NCBI GenBank assembly: GCA_049522495.1
Contig: JBEKNU010000002.1
Span: 18,365 to 82,364 of the forward strand
Direction: 5' to 3'
Source of the DNA: Terriglobia bacterium
GTDB lineage: Bacteria; Acidobacteriota; Terriglobia; UBA7540
Length of the DNA stretch: 64,000 nucleotides
The translations under genes were made by a program, and so were the position numbers. This document shows positions 63,109-64,000 of the stretch, one piece after another. Position 1 is the stretch's first letter; the number at the start of each line of letters is the position of its first letter. The notes beneath the pieces were generated by a model. The model saw only the letters and a program-made list of their open reading frames with translations, had not been told where the DNA came from and did no database searches.

Positions 63109-64000
63109 GCCTGCTTACCGAGGTCATAACCGCTCGCGATCCCGAGACCCGCAATCGCTCGCTGGACGCGCTGTGCCGGGCTGCGACGCTGGAAGAACTA
63201 CTGCTCGAATGCGAGGCGCTCGACCGCTTCCGGCGAAGCAGCGACAATCTTTACGAGCGCGTGCGAGCCCTGTTTTTCCTGTATGCCATACATCGCTTTC
63301 ACATTTCTACACGCAAGTTAGCGGCTTCACACGCACTACTTCCTTTCGCGGGTTACACCAACCTCCTAAAGCGCAGGTTCGAAGAAGCCCTTGATATTTT
63401 CCTGACCGCGCAGGCCGCCACCGGACCGAGCGCTGCCCTTTCCAGCGCGCTCGCCGCCGGTTACCGCTCACTGGGTTTTCAGACTCTCGCTGACCAGGTG
63501 CGACGCAGCGTGCGCTCGCTCCGCGGCAATCAGTGGATGTTCCGCGCCGCCCATCCTGAAGACGTGCCGCTGCGAATTCGCCCAGAGCTTCTGAAGCGCC
63601 AGACCCCCGATCAACTCTTCCCCGTCCTGCGCGAGTCTACGCCGGTACGCATGGACTTGAGCCATAGCGGGTGGAGCGATATTTTCTTCTTGGGTATGGA
63701 TTTCCCCGAAGGCGCCCGCGTGCTCAACATTTCCATCGACTTGACCGTGCGCACCGCTGGCGCCCCCAAGCCTCCCGTTGAAGCATGGTTCCGCGTCATC
63801 GATCAGCCGGTGCTACGCCTGGTCAGCGTTGACCTTCAGTGCAGCGCCGAACTCAGCTCAATTGCTGAACTTTTCGATTTTGCGCACGACTACCTGGGCC
63901 TGCTCAAGGCCGGGGTTATTGCCTCCGGCATCGTACCCCCGGGGATGGAGGGCGCCACTCAGCCCCTTACTGACATCCTGACCCATTTGACGGGTCAGCC
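63105..64000 (+). CDS. conserved hypothetical protein (5' part only; continues beyond window end)
   Basis: Absent from the ORF track (runs off the edge). GTG 63105 overlaps the upstream TGA (GTGA). My translation is stop-free for 298 codons: [66 protein letters not shown]...[26 protein letters not shown]... No family recognised. Confidence 0.55.
   Translation, partial: MSLLTEVITARDPETRNRSLDALCRAATLEELLLECEALDRFRRSSDNLYERVRALFFLYAIHRFHISTRKLAASHALLPFAGYTNLLKRRFEEALDIFLTAQAATGPSAALSSALAAGYRSLGFQTLADQVRRSVRSLRGNQWMFRAAHPEDVPLRIRPELLKRQTPDQLFPVLRESTPVRMDLSHSGWSDIFFLGMDFPEGARVLNISIDLTVRTAGAPKPPVEAWFRVIDQPVLRLVSVDLQCSAELSSIAELFDFAHDYLGLLKAGVIASGIVPPGMEGATQPLTDILTHLTGQ

Noticed and set aside
1-64000. 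Scan for CRISPR arrays, tRNA/rRNA genes, IS elements with terminal inverted repeats, and integrase genes
   Set aside because: No regularly spaced direct repeats, cloverleaf-like or rRNA-like segments, or transposase/integrase-like ORFs were recognised by eye. A tRNAscan/Infernal/ISEScan run would be needed to be certain.

Overview
64-kb GC-rich (about 55-60% by eye) bacterial chromosomal segment. The gene content suggests an Acidobacteriota-like soil bacterium; this is inference only. All calls come from reading the ORF translations and the DNA by eye; no searches were run.

Layout:
(i) 1-5936: minus-strand glycan-scavenging genes (edge-truncated TonB-dependent receptor, Tat-exported GH29 alpha-L-fucosidase, DUF2961/GH172). 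They are interrupted by a lower-GC plus-strand three-gene islet whose last gene is HEPN-like.
(ii) 6326-8840: NarL/LuxR-type two-component system.
(iii) 8841-44511: a ~35-kb strictly co-directional Wzx/Wzy-type exopolysaccharide (EPS) locus. It carries two PilZ paralogs, a specialised NusG/RfaH/UpxY-like factor, a short OPX exporter, a PCP + BY-kinase pair and a beta-barrel candidate. It also has a priming sugar transferase with a degenerate GGDEF-like N-domain, a WbpB/D/E-like trio, rmlC/rmlD, a flippase, a Wzy/O-antigen-ligase-like protein, 1 GT4 + 3 GT2, 3 methyltransferases, ugd, a UDP-GlcA decarboxylase, a beta-helix protein and two CE4-like proteins. Three copies of a conserved ~140-nt promoter/leader element punctuate the locus.
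(iv) 45220-60306: three translationally coupled megasynthase genes, CAL-CP-C-A(MT)-CP / KS-AT-KR-CP / KS-AT-CP-TE. The TE has Cys at the nucleophile position.
(v) 60577-64000: an isopropylmalate-synthase-like gene lacking the regulatory domain, a GalU-like nucleotidyltransferase and an edge-truncated conserved ORF.

No rRNA, tRNA, CRISPR array or intact IS was recognised.

Best candidates for something new:
- the orphan hybrid NRPS-PKS line with a Cys-TE;
- the EPS control layer (NusG paralog + triplicated leader element + GGDEF-like/I-site priming transferase + atypical PilZ pair);
- the HEPN-containing three-gene islet.
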